Shown: piece after piece, positions 50,592 to 60,243 of the stretch
Layout of the letters: the number at the start of each line of letters is the position of its first letter
How positions within the stretch are numbered: the stretch's first letter is position 1
Assembly (NCBI GenBank): GCA_002416505.1
Contig: DIAM01000004.1
Coordinates: 253,649 to 317,648, forward strand
Length of the DNA stretch: 64,000 nt
Source of the DNA: Gammaproteobacteria bacterium UBA5078
GTDB taxonomy: Bacteria > Pseudomonadota > Gammaproteobacteria > Pseudomonadales > Pseudohongiellaceae
Direction: 5' to 3'
The notes under the pieces: model-generated
Databases searched by the model: none
The model's input: only the letters and a program-made list of their open reading frames with translations
What the model was told of the DNA's origin: nothing
Made by a program: the position numbers and the translations under genes

Positions 50592-51605
50592 CTACATATT
50601 CTTCATGCGGTGTTCCCAGCGGCGGCGCGCGAAGCGACGCATATTGGGTATGTCGTCGGTCTCGTCCATAATCGGCTGACCGAGAATCGTCTCGATGATG
50701 TCTTCCATCGTTAACAAGCCTAGCCAAGTGCCATAGTCATCATAGACTAGACTCATATGCTGGTGCTCTTTGAGCAGGCTGGTCAGCACATTCTCGGCGC
50801 TCTCGTTATCCGTTATCACCTTAAGAGGCTTCATTAGTTCACTGACGAGCTGGGTCGGCTCTGCCTCTACTAGGTCGGAGCGGAAAACCACGCCGTGAGG
50901 ATGCCCCTCGTCATCTAGGACTGGATAGCGAGAGAACTGGTCCTTACGCGACTGTTCGATTAGCTCCGCTACGGTCGTGCTGGTCGTGACATATTCACAA
51001 ACGGTACGAGGGGTCATGATGTCCCGCGCCTTGATATCGTGAAGATCGAGGATATTCGCGATTACGCGCTGCTCGTCTTGGTCGAGCTCGTCCAGTTCGC
51101 GCCCAAGGCTCGTCATGGCCTTGATCTCTGCGCGCAGATTCGAGATAGGCTTGCGCTCTCCCATCCATGAGTTGATATGGTCTGAGAGCCAAATGAAGGG
51201 CTTAAGAATCACGATCATGGGATTCAGGATAACGGGCAGGTAGGCTGCGAAATTGCGCCAATATCGCGCGCCAAGTGTCTTGGGGATGATTTCCGAGAAA
51301 ATCAGGATGATCAGAGTCATCACTGCAGAGGCAATGCCGAGATAGCCATCGCCCATAAGCACAGTTACTTGGGAACCTACTCCGGCAGCCCCGCCCGTAT
51401 GGGCGATGGTATTGAGGGTGAGAATCGCCGCTAAGGGCTGGTCAATTCGATCTTTTAATTTCCTAAGGCCCTCGTAGCGATGGGAGCCTTCTTCCTTAAG
51501 GTGAGCGATAAAGCTAGGCGTAATGCTTAGCAATGCAGCCTCTAGCAGGGAACATAGAAAAGAGATCGAGACGGAAATCAGGACAAACGCGATGAGCAAA
51601 CTCAT
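50592..51605 (-). CDS. CNNM/DUF21 + CBS-pair membrane protein (no CorC_HlyC C-domain)
   Basis: N-terminal DUF21 (SLLEAALLSITPS..., EIIPKTLG), followed by a CBS pair (ARDIMTPRTV..., LLTMEDIIETILG). Confidence 0.75.
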   Translation of the reverse strand: MSLLIAFVLISVSISFLCSLLEAALLSITPSFIAHLKEEGSHRYEGLRKLKDRIDQPLAAILTLNTIAHTGGAAGVGSQVTVLMGDGYLGIASAVMTLIILIFSEIIPKTLGARYWRNFAAYLPVILNPMIVILKPFIWLSDHINSWMGERKPISNLRAEIKAMTSLGRELDELDQDEQRVIANILDLHDIKARDIMTPRTVCEYVTTSTTVAELIEQSRKDQFSRYPVLDDEGHPHGVVFRSDLVEAEPTQLVSELMKPLKVITDNESAENVLTSLLKEHQHMSLVYDDYGTWLGLLTMEDIIETILGQPIMDETDDIPNMRRFARRRWEHRMKNM

Positions 51606-51667
51606 ACAGGGGGGTGATGCACTCCAAAATCAGGGAGACCAATACTACACCATCGCCCAGAGCAGCC

Positions 51668-52573
51668 TCAACCGCTTTGACAACTGTCTGCCACTTTAAG
51701 CTGTGGGGCTGTGTCGGCTTGGATGAATGCGACGATACGGTCTAACACTTCGGGTGTACGTAGGATGCGAAAATGGCCCGTTCCCTCAACTTCGACAAAC
51801 TGTGCTTGCGGCCAGTTCGTGTGCACGTTTTTTGACTGATGAATTGGGATAACCCGATCATCTTTGTCGTGCAATATCAGCGCGCTTTCGACGTTGATGG
51901 TCTTAACGAAATCGCTCACATTAAACCCCGCAACGTCTATATTCGCCGCCCGCAGACGCTCGATTAGGCGCTGCTGCACTTTATCCGACACGCCGACCCT
52001 GTCCGCCACGTCGCTAATTCGATCCGCGAAGCGGTCTGGGGTGGTCACCAACACCGCCTTCTTCAGTGACAGCAAGGGGTTCTGAAATAGCGCATAGCTT
52101 ATCGCCACGCCACCGAAAGAGTGGCTAATAATCGATTCCACCTGTAACTCTTCCAATAGCTTCCCAACTAGCTCGGAGAACTCGATTGGATTAGTCGTCC
52201 CCCTACTACTAAAGCCATGCGCCGGGGCATCGAACGCGTGTATGTTAAAACCTTTCGCAATGAGCCGCTCGATCAGGTCCGAAAAATTTCCCGCCTGCCC
52301 CTCCCAGCCATGAATTAGCAGCACCGCTGCGCCCGCTCCTGACCAATGATAGGTGCGGATACGAAAATCACGAAACTCGATATCGGACTGCTTTGCTAGA
52401 TTGAGCACGCCCTGCTCACTCTCGCGCAGCTTGATTAGCTGCGGATTGGTCAGCTTGTCGAAGGCGATGTTCGTGAAGGTCTCTGGGAACAGGTTCGACA
52501 ATATAGAGATCAGCCTGCGCTTGAGTGTAGGCGAAGGATAGAATTTTAGTTTGAAAGTCTTGAAAACCGACAT
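51668..52573 (-). CDS. Alpha/beta-fold hydrolase
   Basis: VLLIHGWEGQAGNF, nucleophile elbow SHSFGG, and C-terminal GTGHFRIL. Confidence 0.7.
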   Translation of the reverse strand: MSVFKTFKLKFYPSPTLKRRLISILSNLFPETFTNIAFDKLTNPQLIKLRESEQGVLNLAKQSDIEFRDFRIRTYHWSGAGAAVLLIHGWEGQAGNFSDLIERLIAKGFNIHAFDAPAHGFSSRGTTNPIEFSELVGKLLEELQVESIISHSFGGVAISYALFQNPLLSLKKAVLVTTPDRFADRISDVADRVGVSDKVQQRLIERLRAANIDVAGFNVSDFVKTINVESALILHDKDDRVIPIHQSKNVHTNWPQAQFVEVEGTGHFRILRTPEVLDRIVAFIQADTAPQLKVADSCQSG

Positions 52574-52587
52574 GACGTGTACCTAGC

Positions 52588-53676
52588 TCAGGAAGCGCGG
52601 GCTCTAAACTCTCGGGGAGTCATACCATGAGTCTCTCTAAAAGCCTTATTGAATGCGGAGAGCGAATTGTAGCCTACATCCATCGCAATTTTCGCAATCG
52701 AATCTTCCGAATCGGCAATCAACTGGGTCGCCTCATTTATTCGATAGTAGTTTAGAAATTGATTGAAATTCCGAAAGCCCATAGCCTGATTGATTGTAGT
52801 GCGCAGCCTCTGTTCCGAGACAGACAGCGTGTCGCTGAGCCTACTAAGAGTTAAGCCGGTTTCTCTATAAGATTTTTGTACGCTCATCAGCTCATCGATT
52901 CTTAGTTTTAGCTTTTCATCCTTGTTAGAAGCCTTTTCGCCAATCTTGTCATTAGAAATGCCGATATCGACGTGAGATGCATTCTCTAGCAATAGCTCCG
53001 GATCTCTGTCGAATCTGAAGATGGCAAAGTTCAGGGATAGGGTCCACATAAATACCGCACCGTAGATCAACGGACTCGCTATTCCAATAACGGAAATATT
53101 GCTGTGCGCAGGCAGCAATGATTGCAACAGAGGAAATAGTGCATCCACGGACAGCGTAAAAACGATGACAAGGCTCATGCTGATTACGAAGGGGAGTCGC
53201 AATCGTCGCCGTTCTTCCAGTAAATCCCCTCGACGTCCTTTAACTCCCAAGTAAATCACATCAAAGCTCAGACCCACCATAATCAGCAATGGGAATAGCT
53301 CGCCTATATAGTAGCCCGTCATTCCGGTATCCAGATTCAGATAGTCCAGTACAAAATAGAGTGTCTGCAGCGTGAAATAGAGCGCTATTAGCCCCAGCCC
53401 ATAGGCGGGGACTCTCTTCTCATCGGTGAAGAAGGTGACCGAGAACAGCCACAGTGCGGCGGGCGTGAGGATAGCTAGGCTCGAGAGCAAGAAGTCGAGC
53501 GGAGCGATTGTGTCGATCACCGGAATGGCGCCAAGCAGGAACGAGGCGAGGCAGATCGTGAAAAATATCAGAAAACGGCCCAGACGCTGGCCTCGTGCCC
53601 GCGAATAGGTGTAACTGCCAAGCAGGAGCAGCTGTGAAATAGCTAGCCCCGATAAAAGGATATTGAGATCATCCAT
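52588..53676 (-). CDS. AraC-family transcriptional regulator with a multi-TM N-terminal membrane domain
   Basis: About 6-7 hydrophobic helices (residues 1-225), then the AraC HTH LSDTLSVSEQRLRTTINQAMGFRNFNQFLNYYRINEA...GYNSLSAFNKAFRETHGMTPREFR. Confidence 0.7.
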   Translation of the reverse strand: MDDLNILLSGLAISQLLLLGSYTYSRARGQRLGRFLIFFTICLASFLLGAIPVIDTIAPLDFLLSSLAILTPAALWLFSVTFFTDEKRVPAYGLGLIALYFTLQTLYFVLDYLNLDTGMTGYYIGELFPLLIMVGLSFDVIYLGVKGRRGDLLEERRRLRLPFVISMSLVIVFTLSVDALFPLLQSLLPAHSNISVIGIASPLIYGAVFMWTLSLNFAIFRFDRDPELLLENASHVDIGISNDKIGEKASNKDEKLKLRIDELMSVQKSYRETGLTLSRLSDTLSVSEQRLRTTINQAMGFRNFNQFLNYYRINEATQLIADSEDSIAKIAMDVGYNSLSAFNKAFRETHGMTPREFRARAS

Positions 53677-53954
53677 AAAAATATTGAAGCCCGTTTACGT
53701 CAATAACGCTATTTGTGAACTGGAGTGAACGGCATATTGCTCCCTGACCTAGGCAATGAGGCGGGTAAACGATTGCTAATCTTTGAAAAAGTGCCAATTC
53801 TCAGAAAACGCTCAGCATTAGCAACTTATCAGGAAGTATTCTTTGTCGAAAAAGGAGTAACCTGACAGCCGAAACACGATTATACAGTTTTCTGTGTGTT
53901 TTACACACTCGGGCTGTAACAACCCCTGCGATAAGAAGATTGAAGGAGAAATAC

Positions 53955-55394
53955 ATGCGAATTTCGTCATTAATAAACAAAGGCTTGCTGCTGGCATTTT
54001 CGGGGCTAGCTTTCTCGCCTCTATTGGCCGCTCAGGAAGTGACATTCCATAAAGATATCGAGCCGATACTACAACGTAGTTGTCAGACTTGTCACCGGGA
54101 CGGCGGCGTTGCCCCAATGCCATTGGTAACCTATGACGAGACGGCTCCATTTGCCGGGCTCATTGAGTATAAAACGAGTCTACGCGACCGCGCCGGCGCT
54201 ATGCCGCCTTTCTATGCAGAGAAGAATATCGGCATTCAACACATCAAGGATGACCCTTCACTGACTGACGCGGAGCTTGCCGCGATCTCCACTTGGGCGC
54301 GTTCAGGCGCACCACAGGGCGATGCTGCCGACGCTCCGGCGCCGCTGGTGTTCGACAATAATGCCAAGTGGAAGCTCGGCGAGCCTGATCAGATTGTGCG
54401 ACTCAAGGATTTCCTCATGGAAGGGGGGCGACCCGACTGGTGGGGCGAGCTTCCTAGTGTGAGCACTGGCATGACGGAAGACCGCTACGTGAAGTCCGTT
54501 GAAATCATTGAAGTAAACGACGTGAATGAAGGTGTGGCCGCGTCCGATACCGTGGGTGGTTTGTATATATTCCACCACATGATCTGGCGTACGGAAGTTG
54601 TAGACGAGAATGGCAAAATCATTCCTGGTCAGTCTGTTTCCTTCCCCGTTCACGAAGTGGGTCGCAATGGCGACGTCTTCGACCCGGAAGCGGGCCCATT
54701 ACTGGCAGCGAACACCGCTTTCTTCACCGATTCGGTGCATATGCACTCCAATGGGCGTGATACGGTTGGTCACTTGGAGATAGGCTTCAGGTTCCACCCG
54801 AGAGGCTATGAGCCCAAGTACAAATCTGCCATTAGTATCCTAGGCAATGGTGTGGATATCAGCGTTGAAGGTGATGCTAAGGATCAGGAATTACATGCCT
54901 ATCAAGTACTAACGCAAAATACCAAAGTCATCACCTTTGAGCCTCACCTGCACGCCCCTGGCGAGCGTATGTGTCTGGAGGCTATCTGGGGTTATTCTGT
55001 GGAGACTATTTCCTGCGTGGGCTATGACCACAACTGGGTGAGAGGATACGGCTTCGAAGATAACTACACGCCACTGCTGCCTAAGGGCACTATTCTTCAC
55101 ATCACTGGCTATTTCGACAACACCAAGGCCAATCCCAATGTGCCGGATCCACGCAACTGGCAGGGTTCGGGTAACCGCTCGGTAACCAATATGTTTATCG
55201 ACTTAGGCATCCGCGTGACCATGACTGACGAGCAGTTCGATGAAGAGATGGAGAAGCGCCGCAACAATCTGAACCTTGGTCCAAACGATCACGTGATTGG
55301 TTGCCCTCTATGTCTAGCACCGCTGGTATGGCCTCTCGAGTCAGATTCAGCCAATGCTAACGAGCAACTGGATGACAAGGTAGCCGGTAACTAA
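53955..55394 (+). CDS. Secreted mono-haem cytochrome c fused to a PHM/DBH-like (copper type II) monooxygenase-like domain
   Basis: GAAGGAGAA SD lies 4 nt before ATG 53955. Signal peptide. CQTCH at 54081-54095, HHM at 54573-54581, HMH at 54738-54746, HLHAPG at 54945-54962. The order and spacing resemble the CuH/CuM ligand sets of peptidylglycine/dopamine monooxygenases. Confidence 0.6.
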   Translation: MRISSLINKGLLLAFSGLAFSPLLAAQEVTFHKDIEPILQRSCQTCHRDGGVAPMPLVTYDETAPFAGLIEYKTSLRDRAGAMPPFYAEKNIGIQHIKDDPSLTDAELAAISTWARSGAPQGDAADAPAPLVFDNNAKWKLGEPDQIVRLKDFLMEGGRPDWWGELPSVSTGMTEDRYVKSVEIIEVNDVNEGVAASDTVGGLYIFHHMIWRTEVVDENGKIIPGQSVSFPVHEVGRNGDVFDPEAGPLLAANTAFFTDSVHMHSNGRDTVGHLEIGFRFHPRGYEPKYKSAISILGNGVDISVEGDAKDQELHAYQVLTQNTKVITFEPHLHAPGERMCLEAIWGYSVETISCVGYDHNWVRGYGFEDNYTPLLPKGTILHITGYFDNTKANPNVPDPRNWQGSGNRSVTNMFIDLGIRVTMTDEQFDEEMEKRRNNLNLGPNDHVIGCPLCLAPLVWPLESDSANANEQLDDKVAGN

Positions 55395-55433
55395 CACAAG
55401 TTGGATTAGCTACCCCTCGTTTATGCAATGTCG

Positions 55434-55461
55434 CAGAGGGGCTCAGAATTGAGCCCCTCTG
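55434..55461 (+). other. Perfect 11-bp hairpin (CAGAGGGGCTC agaatt GAGCCCCTCTG) between the two genes of the pair
   Basis: Read directly. It has no U-tract, so it may be an intercistronic stabiliser or partial terminator. Confidence 0.4.
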
Positions 55462-55515
55462 TGGCCCAAAATATTCACTTATCGGAGATCTTGCTGGAAA
55501 GGCAAGAAACTAGAT

Positions 55516-56532
55516 ATGAAAATTAAGTTCAAAGATTTATCGAAATCAGCACTTGTTATATTGTTCAGTTCACTGGCGCTAACGTCGACCACTGTGTTTG
55601 CACAGCAGGATTACGAGTATGCCAAGAACACATATTTGAGCGGTCAGCATGCAGAAGTGGCTTATGAGGGCTGGGAAGAAAACGAAGACGGCACGATCAC
55701 CATGACCTTTGGCTACTTCAACCACAACTGGGAAGAAGAGCTCGATATACCAATTGGCGAAAACAACCGCTTCACTACAGGCGAGGCAGACCGGGGTCAG
55801 CCTACTCATTTCCTGCCCCGCCGTAACCGCTTCACCTTCGGGGTCATCGTGCCCGGAGATTTCGGAGATAAAGAGCTGGTTTGGGAACTCACTTCTCCGA
55901 ATGGGGTGACTCGCGCAGCCTATGGCACTCTGCGTGCGGACTACAAAATAAACAACATCACCATCATGTCTGAAACCGGTTCTCTGGGTTCAGGCACGTC
56001 AGATGAAGCGACTAGGGCTAATATCCCCCCGTCTTCAGAGTTAATCGGAGACGGGTTTAGAACCGTCAGTGTAGGTGAAACACTCACTTTCCAGACTCAA
56101 TTGAGCGACGATGGTGTGCCAGAGCCCTTCGATCCGATGCGACGCGTTAGACTTCTGGGTGGCGCGGCAGCGGCCTTCACAACGCCTGAAATGGTTCGCG
56201 ACATGATGATGAAGATGCCGCCACCGAAGCCAACGGTAGCCAAAAACAATGGCCTATACCTGTCTTGGAATGTCTACCGTGCGCCAGAAGGCTTAAGCAA
56301 CGTTCAAGAATCCGTGCATTTCTATCCAGCGCAGGTTAAGCCATGGGAAGATACCCGACCATCGGCTAACTCTCCGTGGAGTTGGTTGTGGTTGCCACCG
56401 AAGTTGCCTGAGGATGGGATTATAGAAGTAAGCGTCACTTTCGACGAGCCGGGCACCTATGTGCTCTGGGGACGGGCGGATGATGGCGGCCTCTTCACGG
56501 ATCAGTATCTAACTGTCAACGTAAGAGAATAA
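55516..56532 (+). CDS. Secreted Cys-free protein with a Met-rich motif and an Ig/PKD-like C-terminus; partner of the haem-copper protein
   Basis: Signal peptide ALVILFSSLALTSTTVFAQQ. MVRDMMMKMPPP at 56191-56226. C-terminal GTYVLWGRADDGGLFTDQYLTVNV. No family recognised. Confidence 0.5.
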   Translation: MKIKFKDLSKSALVILFSSLALTSTTVFAQQDYEYAKNTYLSGQHAEVAYEGWEENEDGTITMTFGYFNHNWEEELDIPIGENNRFTTGEADRGQPTHFLPRRNRFTFGVIVPGDFGDKELVWELTSPNGVTRAAYGTLRADYKINNITIMSETGSLGSGTSDEATRANIPPSSELIGDGFRTVSVGETLTFQTQLSDDGVPEPFDPMRRVRLLGGAAAAFTTPEMVRDMMMKMPPPKPTVAKNNGLYLSWNVYRAPEGLSNVQESVHFYPAQVKPWEDTRPSANSPWSWLWLPPKLPEDGIIEVSVTFDEPGTYVLWGRADDGGLFTDQYLTVNVRE

Positions 56533-56557
56533 CGGCTCCTAGGAGCTGGGCTTAAAC

Positions 56558-56597
56558 AAAAAAACCAGAGCAAGGGTTCCCCTTCTCTGGTTTTTTT
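56558..56597 (+). terminator. Strong bidirectional-looking Rho-independent terminator
   Basis: A7-ACCAGAG(c)AAGGG-ttc-CCCTT-CTCTGGT-T7. The stem has 12 bp with one bulge and is flanked by an A-run and a T-run. Confidence 0.8.
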
Positions 56598-56611
56598 GTA
56601 TCCGCAGCAAC

Positions 56612-56808
56612 GCGTAACTAGCAACTACCCACAAGAACTACTGTGCATGTTGGCGGACAATAAAGTTTTAAATTGAAACTCCCTAGAACCCGCATAATAA
56701 ATGCCAACGGACAATATAGTTTTAAAATATGTTAACACATTGCGTAACTAGACAAGGAACTAACTGGACAATAGAGATTTAAAGTAAAGTTTATTATTTA
56801 TAATAAAC
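56612..56808. repeat. Cluster of short direct repeats and a palindrome in an AT-rich non-coding gap
   Basis: GGACAATA[A/T/G]AG[T/A]TTTAAA occurs at 56655, 56709 and 56766 (spacing 54 and 57 bp). GCGTAACTAG occurs at 56612 and 56742. GTTTATTAT-tt-ATAATAAAC lies at 56789-56808. Confidence 0.6.
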
Positions 56809-57013
56809 AAAAGGTTACTGAGAGATCAACATTAGCTAATTTAGTCAACCAGCGTGTAGACTCTAATCCCCCCACTTATAACCGACCTTCTAGATAGAGG
56901 GTTACGCTGCTAGTCGTAATCGTCTTGGAGGCACTACCCAATCGCAGTGCTGGGTCTTTCGTTGATGTATTTCCACTGCTAATTCGTGTTGACTATATAT
57001 CCTTAAAGTGTCT

Positions 57014-57409
57014 ATGACTCTAGGGCCTTACCAACCCCACCAATTCCTTCAAGTTCTACTCGATATAGTCTGCATGAACTACGAACCAGAACCCTTAGGT
57101 ACCACACGGCTCAACTCAAATATTTGCTTTCTATACGACGCAATACCTAACCAACCATTTAAGCTGGTTTACTTATCAATAGTTAGTGAGTCCGGTGAGG
57201 GTTTTGGAAGCTTTGGGAAGAGAGCTATAGAACCCTATGCCAGAACTCTTGGCCATCACCTAAATCGCGCACAGTCGCTGTTCGTCGTTTGCTCAACTGG
57301 AGAAGAACGTTACCTGATAAGCCAGGTAACAGAAACAAATGAAACATTGCACTGTGTGCTAACAGTTGAAGAGTTCTTATCCAACTCAGTCTCTGTAATT
57401 TCTGACTAG
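57014..57409 (+). CDS. Orphan hypothetical ORF in the AT-rich gap (doubtful)
   Basis: The only ORF above 100 aa in 1.4 kb. It has no SD and no recognisable motif. Confidence 0.2.
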   Translation: MTLGPYQPHQFLQVLLDIVCMNYEPEPLGTTRLNSNICFLYDAIPNQPFKLVYLSIVSESGEGFGSFGKRAIEPYARTLGHHLNRAQSLFVVCSTGEERYLISQVTETNETLHCVLTVEEFLSNSVSVISD

Positions 57410-57950
57410 CCAAGTTTAGATAATAGGGAAAATTGCTGCGCGGGGTTTTGTTTGGAGAACGCGTTAAGTAGCAGATTGAGGATTTCACTTTGGGCGTACT
57501 TTCTAATCTAAATTAGCCGTTTCCTATAAAAGACTCAATCAATATTACGAGAAATTTTTACTTATGAGCACCCTGTTTTTAAGGGAGGATTACCCGTTGC
57601 GAGATTTTGCACTATACAGCACAACAATACACAACCAACCCCGCAAAAGTCCCGCAGAGTTTTATTCAAATTAAACACCTATTAGGTAGCGCACCCTCCC
57701 AACAGGTCGATGTAACTGTGTCTTCTTAATTAGCAGGCCCTGACTTTTTACTATACCCATAACAACGGTTAAATCGTTGGCGAGTCTATGTGGTGATCTT
57801 CAATCATTTGCACTGGGTCAGCGCACACGGAAAATACCACCTCAAATGGCTTCCGGCTTCATTAGACCAATACATGACGTGTATATGGCGTAAAGGGGAC
57901 GGACGAATTTAGCGAGATAAACTCCTCCACCCCCTTTAAACGTTACGTCA

Positions 57951-60110
57951 TCAAAAATCGACGGTAAGCCCGACCTTGACAGTGCGCCCCAGCCCCATGG
58001 TGTTGTAACCATTGTAGGTAAATGCCTGGGCACGCGCGGGAAAGTAGGCTTCGTTGAACAGATTTTCAACACCCAGCGACACCTGCCAGTTATCCCGGCG
58101 GTAGCTACCGCTGGCATTGACCACATCGTAGCTCTCCACCGGCGCTTCGGCGCCCGAGTAACGGCCGGTGATCGGATCAATCGGGTCAAAGCGGTCACGG
58201 TTCATCACCTTCAGCCACTGCACACTGGCAACCAGACCATTGCCCAGCCGGTAATCCGCCCATGCCGTGAACTTCGGTGGCGCTATTTTGCGCGCATCCA
58301 GATAAATGCCGGTATCCGGATCCCGTCCTTCAACATAGCTGTAGGTCGTGCCCAGCTCCAGGTGCTCGCTGGCCTGGAGACCCAACGCCACTTCCCAGCC
58401 TTCGATTTTCTGCGGCGCACGCACCGGCACATACAGACCGCTGCCTGGAGGGCTCTCCACCGTCGCTGTGCCCAACTCGGATTCACTCTCATAGACGGCT
58501 AGCTCATAGTTGAACACACCGTAGCGGCCCGACACACCGATTTCGTAATGGTCAATTACTGAGGCTTCGGTCTGCACCTGATCCAAGTTGGGCACCGAGG
58601 CGGCGCGCAGCAACAGGCCCAGATCTGACACATCAAAACCCTGCGAATAACTGATGAACGGGCTGAACGCATCGCTGACGTTGTAACGCACGCCTACATT
58701 GTAGGTCGTGTCACTGTAAGACAGCTTGCCCCCGGCTATCGGGTTGCCACCCCGGCAGACATTGTCGGTACCGCACATGCGCAGCGTCGTGTAATCAGGC
58801 ACATCAATATCCACCTGTTCATCACGCAGCCCCGCTTTGAACACCCAGTCACCGGCCACCCATTTGGACTGCAAGTACAGCGCCTCATTGCTCATGTCCA
58901 TTTCCGGCACCCAGATACGTCCATCGGCCAGTGGTTGCGAAGTGACATCATTGAGCAAGTCTGCCCCGTAGATAAACGTGGCCTCAATGCCGTCAAAATC
59001 GAACACACTTTCCAAGTTCACTCGGACACCGTACTTTTCTGACAGTATCACCGAATTGCCGCCACTAAGGCCGGCCGTCGCATCGGCGAAAAACGATGAA
59101 TAGAAAAAGACGTTTTGAATCTCCTGGGTATACGCATCCACCGTCAGGCTGGTGTTGGCCAGTAGCTGGGCATCGCGATACTGCAACACGACATTTGTGT
59201 TGCCATCCACGCCCTGAGCCTCACCCAGAATCGTCTGCCCGGCAGTCGGTTTCACCGCATAGGTCTTGGTACCATCATTGATACTGCTGGTAACATCAAT
59301 CAGCCGCTCAACCTGCTCAGAATCATAGTAGTTGGCGGTCAAACTCAGCGACTTGTCTACATCAATCTGAAAGCCGAGCTTGCCAAACAGGCTCTGCGCC
59401 CGAACCCCGGACAGGCCGTACAGCGCCTGACCAATGATGTCGCCATCGGCATCGCGCTGCAAGCCATTGTCATCACGGGTGGCATTGAATACGTAATTGA
59501 AGCGATCGAGGGTGCCGTCCACCGTGACGCTGCTGCGCGAACCAGCAGTGTCGTCAGATTCGACCTGGTTGAGGCTGACTTGCTGGTTCAGTTCGACATT
59601 AAACGACTGTTCACCCGCCTCTCGCGTAATGTAGTTGATGATACCGCCGGCGGCACCATTACCATAGATTGACGTGGCACCCTTGACCACTTCAATGCGC
59701 TGCAGAGCTGCCGGATCAATGGTGCGCACATCCAGCGCGCCATTGCGCAGCGGTGTTGACTGCGGCACACCGTCAATCATCACCAACGTGCTGCGCCCGC
59801 GCAGAGTCTGGCCAAAATTGCTGGTGCTGTTGGTGGCCGGCGCCATGCCAGATACCCGAAAGCTCAGGATGTTCTGCAATTCTGCCGTCAACTTCAGGTC
59901 CTGCTGCAGCGCGTCGCTATCAATCACCGTCACTGATGCCGTGACCTCATCTAGCCGCTCCGGGCTGCGGCTGCCGGTGACAATCAACTCCTCAATCTGT
60001 CCGTCCTGCTCGGGCGGAGATTGCCCGACAGTCTGGGCCAATGCCGCGTTGCCCGGTAACACGACAGTGCCAAAACTAGCAATCGCGCTGACCAATAACA
60101 ATTTTTTCAT
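57951..60110 (-). CDS. TonB-dependent outer-membrane receptor (siderophore-type)
   Basis: Signal peptide, plug (EELIVTGSRSPERLDEVTASVTVIDSDAL; RIEVVKGATSIYGNGAAGGIINYIT), a long beta-barrel, and a terminal aromatic residue (...GLTVDF). ATG 60110. Confidence 0.9.
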   Translation of the reverse strand: MKKLLLVSAIASFGTVVLPGNAALAQTVGQSPPEQDGQIEELIVTGSRSPERLDEVTASVTVIDSDALQQDLKLTAELQNILSFRVSGMAPATNSTSNFGQTLRGRSTLVMIDGVPQSTPLRNGALDVRTIDPAALQRIEVVKGATSIYGNGAAGGIINYITREAGEQSFNVELNQQVSLNQVESDDTAGSRSSVTVDGTLDRFNYVFNATRDDNGLQRDADGDIIGQALYGLSGVRAQSLFGKLGFQIDVDKSLSLTANYYDSEQVERLIDVTSSINDGTKTYAVKPTAGQTILGEAQGVDGNTNVVLQYRDAQLLANTSLTVDAYTQEIQNVFFYSSFFADATAGLSGGNSVILSEKYGVRVNLESVFDFDGIEATFIYGADLLNDVTSQPLADGRIWVPEMDMSNEALYLQSKWVAGDWVFKAGLRDEQVDIDVPDYTTLRMCGTDNVCRGGNPIAGGKLSYSDTTYNVGVRYNVSDAFSPFISYSQGFDVSDLGLLLRAASVPNLDQVQTEASVIDHYEIGVSGRYGVFNYELAVYESESELGTATVESPPGSGLYVPVRAPQKIEGWEVALGLQASEHLELGTTYSYVEGRDPDTGIYLDARKIAPPKFTAWADYRLGNGLVASVQWLKVMNRDRFDPIDPITGRYSGAEAPVESYDVVNASGSYRRDNWQVSLGVENLFNEAYFPARAQAFTYNGYNTMGLGRTVKVGLTVDF

Positions 60111-60243
60111 GCTAACCACCTTTCCAAACAGGAATCATTCTTAAGTGGCGAGCATTCTAATGGGAGAAATTAGTGTAATGCAAACGATTCTCATTTATAA
60201 TCGCATTCTATCTTGCTGAGACATATGGGTCTGACCAAAAGCC

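Noticed and set aside
60180-60198. Fur-box-like sequence GCAAACGATTCTCATTTAT in the receptor/PepSY divergent promoter region.
   Set aside because: By hand alignment only about 12-13 of 19 positions match GATAATGATAATCATTATC. A second candidate at 60124-60142 matches 10 of 19. This is too weak to call without a PWM score, so iron regulation remains plausible but unproven.
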